DNA of 64,000 nt from Gaiellaceae bacterium (GTDB taxonomy: Bacteria; Actinomycetota; Thermoleophilia; Gaiellales; Gaiellaceae). The notes below the pieces were generated by a model, which worked only from the letters and a program-made list of their open reading frames with translations, was not told the DNA's origin and searched no databases. Within the stretch, counting starts at the first letter, position 1. Each line of letters starts with the position of its first letter. The position numbers were made by a program, and so were the translations under genes. The stretch lies in NCBI GenBank assembly GCA_036496545.1, contig DASXKX010000027.1, positions 18,559 through 82,558 on the forward strand. Direction: 5' to 3'. Below, in pieces: positions 35,710-48,460 of the stretch.

Positions 35710-36711
35710 GTGGATCTCGACCTCGTCTTTCTCGGCACCTCCGCGTCGATGCCGACGGCGCAGCGCGCACCCGCCGCGCTGCTCGTTCGCCGCGGCGGCG
35801 AACGGCTGCTCTTCGACTGCGCGGAAGGGACGCAGCGGCAGCTGCAGCGCTCGAGCGTCGGGCTGCCGGACCTCGAGGAGATCTTCGTCACGCACTTCCA
35901 CGCCGACCACTTCCTCGGCCTGCCGGGGATGTTGAAGACGTTCGCACTACGCGGGCGCGATGACGTTCCGCTCACGGTGTACGGGCCGGCCGGACTCAAG
36001 GCGTTGTTCGCGCAGCTGAAGCCGTTCCTCGGCCGGCTGCCCTATCCGTTGAAGCTCGTCGAGCTCTCGGCTGGGGATGAGCTCGAGCGCGGCGAGTACC
36101 GCATCGATGCGTTCGCGCTCGACCACGGTGTTCCGGCGCTCGGCTATGCGCTCGTCGAGCACGAGCGTCCCGGACGGTTCGATGTCGCCGCGGCCGACGC
36201 GCTCGGCGTCCCGCCCGGCCCCGAGCGCGGGATGCTCCAAGGCGGCGAGCCGATCACGCTTTCCGACGGCACGGTCGTGACGCCCGACGAGGTGCTCGGG
36301 CCGGCGCGCGCAGGCCGCAAGCTCGTGCTCGCCTGCGACACGGCGCCGTCCCCGGCCGTCGTCCAGGCGGCGCACCACGCAGACGTGCTCGTGCACGAGG
36401 CAACGTTCGGCGCCGATGAGGACGATCGTGCGCGCGAGACCCTGCATTCGACCGCTGCGAATGCAGCAGAGGTTGCAAAGCTCGCCGAGGTGCGGCTGCT
36501 CGCGCTGACGCATCTGTCAACGCGCTATTTCGGTCGCGAGCTTGCCGAGGAAGCGCGGGCCGTGTTCCCGGAGACCGTCGTCCCGCGCGACTTCGACACA
36601 ATTGAGATCCCGTTCCCGGAGCGCGGCACGCCTGCGCTCGTCAAGTCCGGAGCGCGGCCCGTATCATCGAGCGGAGATGGCGCGGATGGTGCAGGTGGCG
36701 GTGGCGGGTGA
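35710..36711 (+). CDS. rnz: Ribonuclease Z
   Basis: LVFLGTSASMPT, the metallo-beta-lactamase motif THFHADH, and C-terminal HSTAANAAEVA...LTHLS. Confidence 0.9.
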   Translation: MDLDLVFLGTSASMPTAQRAPAALLVRRGGERLLFDCAEGTQRQLQRSSVGLPDLEEIFVTHFHADHFLGLPGMLKTFALRGRDDVPLTVYGPAGLKALFAQLKPFLGRLPYPLKLVELSAGDELERGEYRIDAFALDHGVPALGYALVEHERPGRFDVAAADALGVPPGPERGMLQGGEPITLSDGTVVTPDEVLGPARAGRKLVLACDTAPSPAVVQAAHHADVLVHEATFGADEDDRARETLHSTAANAAEVAKLAEVRLLALTHLSTRYFGRELAEEARAVFPETVVPRDFDTIEIPFPERGTPALVKSGARPVSSSGDGADGAGGGGG

Positions 36712-36889
36712 CGCTTCGGAGGCCGAGCAGCTGCGCGAGCTCTTGCAGAGTGCGGGAATCGACTCGGAGATCGGTGCCGCAGGTGAGGACGACCCGCTGA
36801 CGGTGCTCGTGCCCGAGGATGCACTCGAAGCCGCGGAGGACGCGATCGAAGCGCTCTCCGAGCCGGACGACCTCATCTCCGAGCCCTAA
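36677..36889 (+). CDS. Small acidic protein, DUF2007-like (putative signal-transducing protein fold)
   Basis: ATG 36677 with a GAGCGGAG SD. MARMVQVAVAGDASEAEQLRELLQSAGIDSEI... Overlaps the Gly-rich rnz tail by 35 nt. Confidence 0.5.
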   Translation: MARMVQVAVAGDASEAEQLRELLQSAGIDSEIGAAGEDDPLTVLVPEDALEAAEDAIEALSEPDDLISEP

Positions 36890-37683
36890 TCGCGTCGCGC
36901 GACAAGCAGCGTCATGTCGTGCACGCGTTCGCGGTAGCCGTCTGCGGGAGCGTGAGCGCGCAGGAGCGTGCGCAGATCGCGCTCGAACTCGTCGAGCCGT
37001 CCGCCGAAGAGATGCGGCGCCGAGGACGATTGCGAGAAGACCGAGGCGACGATGTCGTCCTCGCTCCGCTCGTGCGTCCGCCCGGCCGGCACCGGGATCT
37101 CGCGCGGCTTGCCGAAGCCGGCCGCGCCGAGTGCCTCTCTCCCGTGCCACGGCGGTCCGTCGTCCGGGACCGTGCTCTGCCCGGCGCGGCGCTCCGGGCC
37201 GAGGTACGACCGGATGAGCTCTTTGATCGCCTCCCGCGGCACGTTGCCGTCGCCCTGGTGTGTTGTCGCACCGACGCCCACGTACGCGCCGCCCGGCCGA
37301 AGCATCGTGCGCACCGTCACGGCCACACGCATCTGCTCCATCCAATGGAACGACTGCGCGAACGTCACGACGTCGAACGTCCCGAGATCCGCCGGCAGCT
37401 CTTCGGCGCGCAAGCGGCGAAACGTCGCGTTGCCAGGCGCACGCCTGGACGCCTCGCCAACCATTCCGGCGTCCGCGTCGATCCCGATCACTTCTGCGAA
37501 CAGCGATGCGAGCACGATCGTGAGTGACGCAGGCCCGCAGCCGACGTCGAGCAGACGGCCCGTTCCGTCGAGCGCGAGCTCGTCGCGGAGCGCGTCGGCA
37601 AGCGACTGGGGGTAGGGCATGCGTCCGCGCGCGTAGAACCGCGCGCTGCCTTCATAGAGCATGGGATCCCAGCTCCAGCTCAC
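36886..37683 (-). CDS. Class I SAM-dependent methyltransferase
   Basis: Motif I LLDVGCGPA, post-I IGIDAD, and FDVVTFAQSFHW. Confidence 0.85.
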   Translation of the reverse strand: MSWSWDPMLYEGSARFYARGRMPYPQSLADALRDELALDGTGRLLDVGCGPASLTIVLASLFAEVIGIDADAGMVGEASRRAPGNATFRRLRAEELPADLGTFDVVTFAQSFHWMEQMRVAVTVRTMLRPGGAYVGVGATTHQGDGNVPREAIKELIRSYLGPERRAGQSTVPDDGPPWHGREALGAAGFGKPREIPVPAGRTHERSEDDIVASVFSQSSSAPHLFGGRLDEFERDLRTLLRAHAPADGYRERVHDMTLLVARRD

Positions 37684-37690
37684 AGGGAAG

Positions 37691-38896
37691 CTAGATCTGC
37701 CAGGCGCCGCCGACGAGGATCGGCACGCGGCCGCCGTCCTTGCGCCTGCCGGTGACGGTCACCTCATCGGACCCGATCATGAAGTCGATGTGCACGGCGC
37801 TCGCGTTGATGCGCGGGATGTCGGCAGCGTCGGCGATCGGGGCGGAGTACGCGTCGCCGAGCGCGAGATGGCTCGCGGCGTTCTCGTCGAGCAGCGTCGT
37901 ATAGAAGGTGCGGCCGAGCTGTCCGATCCGGCTCTCGCGGTCGACGAGTGCAACCTCGCCGAGCCGAGACGCGCCGTCGTCGGCTGCGCAGCGGCCGCGC
38001 AGCGCTTCCGCGTTCGCGTCGGCGTCGATCTCGACCGCCCGGCCGCCTTCGAAGCGAATGCGGAGTCCGGTGACGAGCGAGCCTGCAACGTCGAGCGGCT
38101 TCGTCGCCGTCACGACGCCCTCGGTTCGCTCCGGATCCGGGGTCGTGTAGACCTCTTCGGTCGGGATGTTCGGCACGTGGTGCACGCCCGTGCGCGTCTG
38201 CGACGAGCCGCCCTCCTTCGCGAAGCGCGAGCTCGGCAGCAGGCCGACCGTGAGATCTGTTCCCGGGCCTTCGAAGTGCAGTGCGTCGAGGTCGAGCTCG
38301 TCGAGCCGCCGCGCGTTCTGCCAGATCTGCTCGATCCGGTCGTGCCAGGCTTGCGCCGGGTCGGGCTCGTCGAGCCGGCAGACGCGCGCGACGTCCTGCC
38401 AGAGCTGCTCGAGCGCAGTCTCGTCGTCGAGCTCGGGATAGACGACGCGTGCCCACTGACGCGTCGGGAACGGCGAGAGCGTCCAGGCAATCGACCGGTC
38501 GTCGATGATCTCGAAGCTCTCCTTCAGCGTCGGGAGCCGGTCGATGCCGGCACGCGCGGGATCGACTCCGTCGAGAAGCCCCGGCGGCACGAGCGGGACG
38601 AGCACGATCCGTGCTGCGTCGAGCTCTCCGAGCGTCAGTAGGCGGCGACCGAGCCAGGGCGGCACCCAGCCGAGCGTCTCGTCGCGGGCCCGCACCGCGC
38701 GAATCCGCTTGACCTCCGGGTCGAAGTACTGGACGTCGACGTAGCGTGCGCCGCGGTCGTACGCACGGGCAGCGATCTCGCGGACGAGCGGGCGGGCGTC
38801 CGGTAACGCCTCGACGGCGACGACCTGGTCGGGCTGCACGTTCGCGCCGACCGAGACGATCAAGTCCGCGTAACGGCCGAGAAGGTTGCCGTCCAT
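37691..38896 (-). CDS. M29-family aminopeptidase (AmpS/PepS/aminopeptidase T type)
   Basis: LGRYADLIVSVGANVQPDQ..., NIPTEEVYTTP, LLDENAASHLALG and HIDFMIG motifs. Confidence 0.9.
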   Translation of the reverse strand: MDGNLLGRYADLIVSVGANVQPDQVVAVEALPDARPLVREIAARAYDRGARYVDVQYFDPEVKRIRAVRARDETLGWVPPWLGRRLLTLGELDAARIVLVPLVPPGLLDGVDPARAGIDRLPTLKESFEIIDDRSIAWTLSPFPTRQWARVVYPELDDETALEQLWQDVARVCRLDEPDPAQAWHDRIEQIWQNARRLDELDLDALHFEGPGTDLTVGLLPSSRFAKEGGSSQTRTGVHHVPNIPTEEVYTTPDPERTEGVVTATKPLDVAGSLVTGLRIRFEGGRAVEIDADANAEALRGRCAADDGASRLGEVALVDRESRIGQLGRTFYTTLLDENAASHLALGDAYSAPIADAADIPRINASAVHIDFMIGSDEVTVTGRRKDGGRVPILVGGAWQI

Positions 38897-38932
38897 CCGG
38901 CGCGCACGATACTGTCCTGTGCGACCCGAACC

Positions 38933-38963
38933 CCTTTAACCCGGTCCAGTGAGGCCGGAAAGG
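38933..38963 (+). promoter_or_regulatory. PyrR-binding-loop-like RNA hairpin that sequesters the pyrR Shine-Dalgarno
   Basis: CCTTT-AAC-CCGG-[TCCAGTGAGG]-CCGG-AAAGG. The loop matches the PyrR binding-loop core UCCAGAGAGG at 9 of 10 positions. The 3' arm AAAGG is part of the GGAAAGGAG SD of pyrR. Confidence 0.6.
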
Positions 38964-38975
38964 AGTCGCTTGACC

Positions 38976-39566
38976 ATGCACGTCCCGTCCCAGACGGAAG
39001 CCGGGAAGCTGCTCCTCGACGCCGATGCGCTCTCGCGAACCCTTTCGCGGATCGCGCACGAGATCATCGAGGGCAACCCGGAGCTCGATCGCGTCGCGCT
39101 CGTCGGCATCCAGACGCGCGGCGTGCCGCTTGCGCAGCGTCTCGCGCGGCTGATCGAGGAGCGTGCAGGCGTGACGCCCGAGCTCGGCGCCGTCGACATC
39201 ACGTTCTACCGCGACGACGTCCAGGTGCGAGGCGGCGAAGGCCCGCTGCACGCCCAGCCGCTCGTCCGCGAGACATTGCTCGACTTCCCGCTCGACGGCC
39301 GCACCGTCGTCCTCGTCGACGACGTCCTCTACACGGGCCGCACGATCCGTGCGGCGATCGAGGCGCTCTTCGACTACGGACGTCCCGCGCGCGTTCAGCT
39401 CGCCGTGCTCGTCGACCGCGGCCATCGCGAACTGCCGATCCGCCCGGACTATGTCGGCAAGAACCTTCCGACCGCGCGCTCCGAGCGCATCCAGGTGCAG
39501 CTCGTCGAGGTGGACGAGGTCGACCAGATCCTGCTCGTGCCGAACCCGGAGGAGGGGTCGCAGTGA
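38976..39566 (+). CDS. pyrR: Bifunctional pyr operon regulator / uracil phosphoribosyltransferase PyrR
   Basis: LVGIQTRGVPLA, the PRPP motif VVLVDDVLYTGRTIRAA, and RELPIRPDYVGKN. Confidence 0.92.
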   Translation: MHVPSQTEAGKLLLDADALSRTLSRIAHEIIEGNPELDRVALVGIQTRGVPLAQRLARLIEERAGVTPELGAVDITFYRDDVQVRGGEGPLHAQPLVRETLLDFPLDGRTVVLVDDVLYTGRTIRAAIEALFDYGRPARVQLAVLVDRGHRELPIRPDYVGKNLPTARSERIQVQLVEVDEVDQILLVPNPEEGSQ

Positions 39567-40549
39567 CATCCATCCATCTCGTGAAAGACGAGCTGCGTCC
39601 ACCCGGCGGGTCGCCGCGGCGCCATCTGATCTCGATCGCGGATCTCACGCGCGACGACATCGAGCGGTTGCTCGGCACAGCGCGCACGTTCGCGTCGTCG
39701 CTCGAGCGGGAGGTGAAGAAGCTCCCGACGCTCAAGGGCCGTCTCGTCATCAATCTCTTCTACGAGTCGTCGACGCGCACGTCGTCGAGCTTCGAGCTCG
39801 CCGCGAAGCGGCTCTCGGCAGACACGCTTACCGTGAAGTCGGTCGGCTCTTCCGTCGACAAGGGCGAATCGCTGAAGGACACGGCGCTGACGCTCGGCGC
39901 CTACGACCCCGACGTGATCGTGATCCGGCATCCGCAGATCGGCTCGCCGCAGCTTGTCGCGCGCGAGACGTCGGCGCATGTCGTGAACGCCGGCGACGGC
40001 AAGCATCAGCACCCGACGCAGGCGCTGCTCGATCTCTACACGCTTCAGCAGGAGCTCGGCCGCCTCGAGGGCCTGCACGTCGCGATCATCGGCGACGTCG
40101 TGCACTCGCGCGTCGCGCGGTCGCTCGTGCAGGCGTTCGCGCTCGTGGGCGTACGGTGCACGCTCGTCGGGCCGCCCGCGCTCCTCCCGCGCGGTCTGGC
40201 GGCTGAGCAGACGTCGGATATACGCGTGACGCGTGAGGCCGACGTCCTCTACGTCCTGCGCATGCAGAGCGAGCGCATGCAGCCAGGCGCGAACTTCGTG
40301 CCGTCGCTGCGTGAGTACACGGCGCGGTGGGGGATCACGCCGGAGCGGCTCCGCCCGGGGCAGAAGGTGATGCACCCCGGGCCGATGAATCGCGGCGTCG
40401 AGATCGACGCCCGGGTCGCAGACGCCGGCGACGCGCTTATCCAGCAGCAGGTGCGCTCCGGGCTCGTCGTCCGCATGGCTGCGCTCTACGACGTGCTCAC
40501 CGGCGGCCCTGTCGGGGTGCGCGCCCTCGCGGCGGCGGAGGTGGCGTGA
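39563..40549 (+). CDS. pyrB: Aspartate carbamoyltransferase catalytic subunit
   Basis: FYESSTRTSSSFE, HPTQALLD, and HPGPMNRGVEI. GTGA overlap with pyrR. Confidence 0.95.
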   Translation: MTSIHLVKDELRPPGGSPRRHLISIADLTRDDIERLLGTARTFASSLEREVKKLPTLKGRLVINLFYESSTRTSSSFELAAKRLSADTLTVKSVGSSVDKGESLKDTALTLGAYDPDVIVIRHPQIGSPQLVARETSAHVVNAGDGKHQHPTQALLDLYTLQQELGRLEGLHVAIIGDVVHSRVARSLVQAFALVGVRCTLVGPPALLPRGLAAEQTSDIRVTREADVLYVLRMQSERMQPGANFVPSLREYTARWGITPERLRPGQKVMHPGPMNRGVEIDARVADAGDALIQQQVRSGLVVRMAALYDVLTGGPVGVRALAAAEVA

Positions 40550-41847
40550 TGCTCTGGGCACGCGAAGAGCCGGGCGCGAATCTCGTCTTCAAGGGCGCGC
40601 GCGTCATCGACCCCGTCGAGGCGATTGATGCGAGGCTCGACGTTCGCATCGACGACGGCGTGATCGCCGCGCTCGGTGACGATGTCGAGACGAACGAGCA
40701 CCGTGTGGTCGACGCAGCGGGCCTCGTGCTCGCACCGGCGTTCGTCGATCCGCACGTCCATCTGCGCACGCCTGGTCGCGAGGACGAGGAGACGATCGCG
40801 AGTGGAACGGCGGCCGCCGCGGCCGGCGGCTACTGCGCGATTCTCGCGATGCCGAATACGGAGCCGGTCGTCGACACGGCTGCGACGCTCGGCTCGCTCG
40901 CGGAGTCTGCGAAGCGCGACGCGGCGGTGAGCGTCGGCTTCCTTGCGGCGATCACGCGCGGCCAGCGCGGCGAGGAGCTCACGGACATGGGCGAGCTCGC
41001 GGAGCTCGGCGCCGTCGCATTCTCCGACGACGGCGTGCCCGTGTCGTCGGCAGGGCTCATGCGGCGCGCGCTCCAATACGCATCGACGACCGGTCGCCCG
41101 CTCGCGCTGCACTGCGAGGAGCCGTCGCTCTCGCGCGGCGGGCACGTGCACGACGGCGTCGTCGCAGCCGAGCTCGGCATCGGCGGGTACCCGTCGATCG
41201 GCGAGTCCGTCATGGTCGAGCGGGATCTCGCGCTCGCGGCGCACGAGGAGCAGGCGCTGCACCTGCTCCATCTGTCCGCGGCCGAGTCGGTTGCCGCGCT
41301 CCGGCGCGCGCGCGAGCACGGCGTGCGGGCGAGCGGCGAAGTCACGCCCCATCACCTCGTCCTCACCGACGAGGCGGTCCGCTCGCTCGACCCGAACGTG
41401 AAGATGAATCCGCCGTTGCGCGCGGAATCGGACCGCGCAGCGCTGATCGACGCGCTGCGCGACGGAACGATCGAGGCGATCGCCACCGATCACGCACCGC
41501 ATGCGCGCCACGAGAAGGACGTCCCGTTCGAGGCGGCACCGTTCGGCGTCACCGGCCTCGAGACGGCGTTCGCGGTGCTCTACACCGAGCTTGTCGAGCC
41601 GGCGGTCCTGACGCTGCCGACGGTGCTCGAGCGCATGTCTGCCGGCCCGGCGCGCATCTTCGGCCTCCGCCGCCCACGCATCGCGGCGGGAGAGCGAGCG
41701 AACCTCGTGTTGATCGACCTTGAGGGGACGACGCGCGTGACGGAGAACGGCTTCAAGTCGCGCTCCGTCAACTCGTGGCTGCTCGGGCGCGCGCTCAAGA
41801 GCCGGATCGCGATGACGCTCGCCGGGGGCGCGGTGGTGTTCGAGTGA
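40549..41847 (+). CDS. pyrC: Dihydroorotase
   Basis: FVDPHVHLR, MPNTEP, and ATDHAPH. ATG 40549 (or GTG 40546) overlaps the pyrB stop. Confidence 0.92.
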   Translation: MLWAREEPGANLVFKGARVIDPVEAIDARLDVRIDDGVIAALGDDVETNEHRVVDAAGLVLAPAFVDPHVHLRTPGREDEETIASGTAAAAAGGYCAILAMPNTEPVVDTAATLGSLAESAKRDAAVSVGFLAAITRGQRGEELTDMGELAELGAVAFSDDGVPVSSAGLMRRALQYASTTGRPLALHCEEPSLSRGGHVHDGVVAAELGIGGYPSIGESVMVERDLALAAHEEQALHLLHLSAAESVAALRRAREHGVRASGEVTPHHLVLTDEAVRSLDPNVKMNPPLRAESDRAALIDALRDGTIEAIATDHAPHARHEKDVPFEAAPFGVTGLETAFAVLYTELVEPAVLTLPTVLERMSAGPARIFGLRRPRIAAGERANLVLIDLEGTTRVTENGFKSRSVNSWLLGRALKSRIAMTLAGGAVVFE

Positions 41848-42861
41848 ACGCGCTGGTGCTCGAGGACGGCGCCGTGTTCGAGGGCGAGTCGGTCGGGGCC
41901 GACGGGTTCGCCTGCGGCGAGGCGGTTTTCACGACCGCGATGACGGGCTACCAGGAGATCGCAACCGACCCGAGCTTCGCCGAGCAGCTCATCTGCTTCA
42001 CGGCGCCAATGGTCGGCAACTACGGCGTCGACCACGCGCGGGCGGAATCGGGCCGAGTGCACGCGCGGGCGGTCTTCATGCGCGAGGCGCGCGGCCCGGC
42101 GTGGACTGACTGGCTCCACGAGCACGGCGTCGTCGCGCTCACCGGCATCGACACGCGGAGCGTCGTGCTCAAGCTGCGCGAAGCGGGAGCGATGCGTGCG
42201 GTCGCGGTGGCGGGGGAGAGCACCGTGGAGGAAGCCGTCGCGGCGGCCCGCTCGCTCGACGGCATGCGCGGCCGTGCGCTCGCCGCCGATGTGTCGACGA
42301 CGGAGCCGTACATCTTCAGCGACGCCGGGACGACACGCGTCGCGGTCGTCGACTACGGCTGCAAGCGCTCGATCCTGCGCCGGCTCTCGCTCTCCGGCGC
42401 GGCTGTCACGGTCTATCCGCACGACGTCGACGCGGACGAGCTCGCGGGCTACGACGGCGTGCTCCTCTCGAACGGGCCCGGCGATCCCGAGCCGCTCGAG
42501 CCGCAGACGGCGACCGTCCGCGAGCTGCTCGGTCGCGTGCCGGTGCTCGGCATCTGCCTCGGCCATCAGCTGCTCGGCCGGGCGGCAGGCTTCGCGACCT
42601 CGAAGCTGCCGTTCGGCCATCGCGGCGCGAACCATCCCGTGCTCGAGCGCGCGAGCGGGCGCGTGCTCGTGACCGCGCAGAACCACGGCTTTTGCGTCGA
42701 TGCAAGCGACGCGCCCGAGGTGACGCACGTCTCGCTCTATGACGGGACCGTCGAGGGGCTCTCGTTGACCGCCGAGCGTGCACGCTCGGTCCAGTTCCAT
42801 CCCGAAGCGGGTCCAGGCCCGCACGACGCGTGGCCGTTGCTCGAAGAGTGGGTGACCTCGC

Positions 42862-42872
<11 letters not shown>
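41844..42872 (+). CDS. carA: Carbamoyl-phosphate synthase small (glutaminase) subunit
   Basis: [17 protein letters not shown], the active site GICLGHQLL, and QFHPEA. GTGA overlap with pyrC. Confidence 0.93.
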
Positions 42873-45772
<2,900 letters not shown>

Positions 45773-45780
<8 letters not shown>

Positions 45781-46438
45781 CCGGCGCGAGCTGCTGCAGG
45801 TGCGCGGCGCCGAGCGAGTCGGGCTCTACACGCTGCTCCGGCTCGAGCGCGGAACGCTCGACCCAGGTGGGCCTGGGCAGTTCTTCATGCTCGAGGCGCC
45901 CGGCCGGCCGCTGCCGCGCGCGCTGTCGCTCTGTCTTGCGCCACCCGGCGAGCTCGCGTTCCTGATCGATCCGATCGGGCCGGGGACGGAGGCGTTGTGC
46001 GGGCTCGGAACCGGCGAAGCGATCCACGTCTTCGGACCGCTCGGGAACGGCTTCCGTCTCGATGTCGAGCGTCCGCTGCTCGTTGGCGGTGGCATCGGGA
46101 TCGCGCCGTTCCCGTACCTCGCCGAGACGCTTCGCTTCCCGCCCGTCGTCCTCGGCTTCCGCACTCCTGCGCACGCAGAGGCCGCAGTGCTGCTCCCAGG
46201 CGCGGAGGTCGCGATCAACCCGACGTTCGTCACCGAGCTGATCCCGTCCGGGCACGACGTGCTCGCATGCGGGCCGGAGCCGATGCTGCACGCGGTCGGT
46301 GCGTTGTGCCCCGGTGCGCAGCTCGCATGGGAAGCGCCGATGGCGTGCGGCTACGGCGCGTGCTACGGCTGCGCGGTCGAGCTCGACGGCGGGCTCAAGC
46401 GCTTGTGTGTCGAAGGGCCGGTACTCGTTGCTGCTTAA
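45773..46438 (+). CDS. pyrK: Dihydroorotate dehydrogenase electron-transfer subunit
   Basis: FNR-like (GGGIGIAPF) with a C-terminal 2Fe-2S Cys cluster ([11 protein letters not shown]...LCVEGP). GTG 45773 overlaps the carB stop. Confidence 0.85.
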
Positions 46439-47261
46439 CGCCTCCGGTTGCCTCGACGCGCTCGTCGCGCCCGAGATCGCGCGAACGCTCGACGTTTTCG
46501 TGACAAAAACGATCACGCCGCTCCCGCGCGAGGGGAACGCGCCACCGCGGATCGCGGAGACGCCGCACGGGATGCTCAACTCGATCGGGCTCGCGAACCC
46601 AGGACGTGAGCATTTCTTGAACGAGCACCTGCCGCGGCTGCGGGCGCTCGGGATGCCGCTCTGGGTCTCAGTCGGCGGCTTCTCCGCTTCCGACTACGCG
46701 GAGACGTGCGAGGCGCTGGAGGATGCCGACGCGATCGAGCTCAACCTCTCGTGCCCGAACGTCGACGAGGCCGCGGATTCCGCTGCGGAGATCGTCGCCG
46801 CGTGCCGTGCGGCGACGTCACTGCCGCTCTACGCGAAGCTGTCCGCCGCGCATCCGGACATCGGCGCGGTTGCACGCGCGGTGGAAGCCGCGGGCGCGGA
46901 CGGCCTGTCGCTGATCAACACCCTGCGCGGCCTGGCGCTCGATCCGCGGACGCTGCGACCGGCGCTTGCCCGCGTCACCGGCGGCCTTTCAGGCCCGTCG
47001 CTGAAGCCGATTGCGCTCGCTGCGGTGCACGTGTGCAGCACCGCGACGCAGCTTCCAATCGTGGGAATGGGGGGTGTTGCGACGGCGCAAGACGTGATTG
47101 AGTTCCTCTCCTGCGGTGCGCGCGACGTCGCGCTCGGCACGGTGCTGTTTTCGGATCCTGATGCGCCGAAACGCATCCGCGATGAGCTTGCTGTTGTCCA
47201 AGTGGACGACGTGACGCTCGCTGCGAAGCTCGCCGACTTCGGCGCGCACGCCGTCGCTTGA
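46407..47261 (+). CDS. pyrD: Dihydroorotate dehydrogenase (class 1B catalytic subunit)
   Basis: NASGC, NSIGLANPG, ELNLSCPN, and GGLSGPSLKPIAL...GMGGV. Start GTG 46407 (alternative TTG 46428) overlaps the pyrK end. Confidence 0.88.
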   Translation: MSKGRYSLLLNASGCLDALVAPEIARTLDVFVTKTITPLPREGNAPPRIAETPHGMLNSIGLANPGREHFLNEHLPRLRALGMPLWVSVGGFSASDYAETCEALEDADAIELNLSCPNVDEAADSAAEIVAACRAATSLPLYAKLSAAHPDIGAVARAVEAAGADGLSLINTLRGLALDPRTLRPALARVTGGLSGPSLKPIALAAVHVCSTATQLPIVGMGGVATAQDVIEFLSCGARDVALGTVLFSDPDAPKRIRDELAVVQVDDVTLAAKLADFGAHAVA

Positions 47262-47300
47262 TCGCGGCTGACAGTTCGGTAGTATCGGGCGCCCGGCCCA

Positions 47301-47630
47301 ATGTCAGCAGCCAAGACCGCCACCCACGCACCCCTTCGGTCACTCGACCAGCGCATGGACGCACTGAAGCGCGCGAACGATGTGCGCGTCCGCCGCGCGA
47401 AGCTCAAGCGTGATCTCAAGGACGGTCGCGTTCGGATCGAATCGATCCTCGGCAGCCCACCGGGGTACGTCGAGACCGCAAAGGTGATCGACATCCTCAT
47501 GGCGGTGCCGAAGTTCGGTCGCGTGAAAGCAGCGCGCTTTCTCAACACGTGCCGCATCAGTCAGTCGAAGACGGTCGGCGGCTTGTCGGAGCGCCAGCGC
47601 ACGGAGCTGATTGACCTCTTCAACCGGTAG
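47301..47630 (+). CDS. mihF: Actinobacterial integration host factor mIHF
   Basis: ALKRANDVRVRRAKLKRDLKDGR...ILMAVPKFGRVKAARFL...LSERQRTELI is typical of mIHF. Confidence 0.88.
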   Translation: MSAAKTATHAPLRSLDQRMDALKRANDVRVRRAKLKRDLKDGRVRIESILGSPPGYVETAKVIDILMAVPKFGRVKAARFLNTCRISQSKTVGGLSERQRTELIDLFNR

Positions 47631-48216
47631 GCGCGGGCGCCCGTCCGTCATCGTCGTCACAGGGCCGTCGGGCGCCGGCAAGGGAACACTGATTCACGAG
47701 CTGGTCGAACGGGTGCCCGAGGTCGAGGCCACCGTCTCTGCGACGACGCGTGACCTTCGGCCCGGCGAGCAGAACGGTCGGGAGTACTGGTTCCTGACCT
47801 CGGAGGAATTCCTGGCGCGGATCGAGGCGGACGAATTCCTCGAGCACGTCGAGTACGTCTCGGGGCATCGCTACGGCACACTCCGCTCGGAGCTCGACCG
47901 AATCCGCGCGAACGGGCACGTGCCGCTCCTGGAGCTCGAGACGAAGGGCGCGAAGGAGGTCGCGACGAAGGAGCCGGACGCCGTCACGATCTTCATCTCC
48001 GCCGCGGTGGACGAGCTCGAGCGCCGGCTGCGCGACCGGGCCACCGAGTCGACAGGCGAGATCGGCGAGCGGATCGCCCTCGCGCGGCAGCAGCTCGAGG
48101 AGGCGGATTCCTTCGACTATGTCGTCGAAAACGACGACCTCGAGCGCGCCGCCGACGAGCTCACGCAGCGGGTCCGCGGTCTGTTGGCACCTGCCGGTAC
48201 CATGTCGCGGCCATGA
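47611..48216 (+). CDS. gmk: Guanylate kinase
   Basis: P-loop VVTGPSGAGKGTL, TTRDLRPGEQNGREYWF, and FLEHVEY. TTG start overlaps the mihF end. Confidence 0.9.
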   Translation: MTSSTGRRGRPSVIVVTGPSGAGKGTLIHELVERVPEVEATVSATTRDLRPGEQNGREYWFLTSEEFLARIEADEFLEHVEYVSGHRYGTLRSELDRIRANGHVPLLELETKGAKEVATKEPDAVTIFISAAVDELERRLRDRATESTGEIGERIALARQQLEEADSFDYVVENDDLERAADELTQRVRGLLAPAGTMSRP

Positions 48217-48440
48217 TCCATCCTCGCGTCGATGATCTGCTCCAGAACGTGGATTCCCGCTATGCGCTCGTGATCGTGAGCGCGAAGCGGGCCCGGCAGA
48301 TCAACAACTACCACCACCAGCTCGGCGAGGGCACCTTCGACGACAACCCGCCGCCGCTCGTGGAGTCGCGCTCCAAGAACTACCTCACGATGGCGCTCGA
48401 GGAAGTCTCGGAGGGCCTGTTGACCTACGACTACCAGTAA
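48213..48440 (+). CDS. rpoZ: DNA-directed RNA polymerase subunit omega
   Basis: NVDSRYALVIVSAKRARQIN and YLTMALEEV. ATGA overlap with gmk. Confidence 0.9.
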   Translation: MIHPRVDDLLQNVDSRYALVIVSAKRARQINNYHHQLGEGTFDDNPPPLVESRSKNYLTMALEEVSEGLLTYDYQ

Positions 48441-48460
48441 CTGAGGCACTATTCGGGCGT

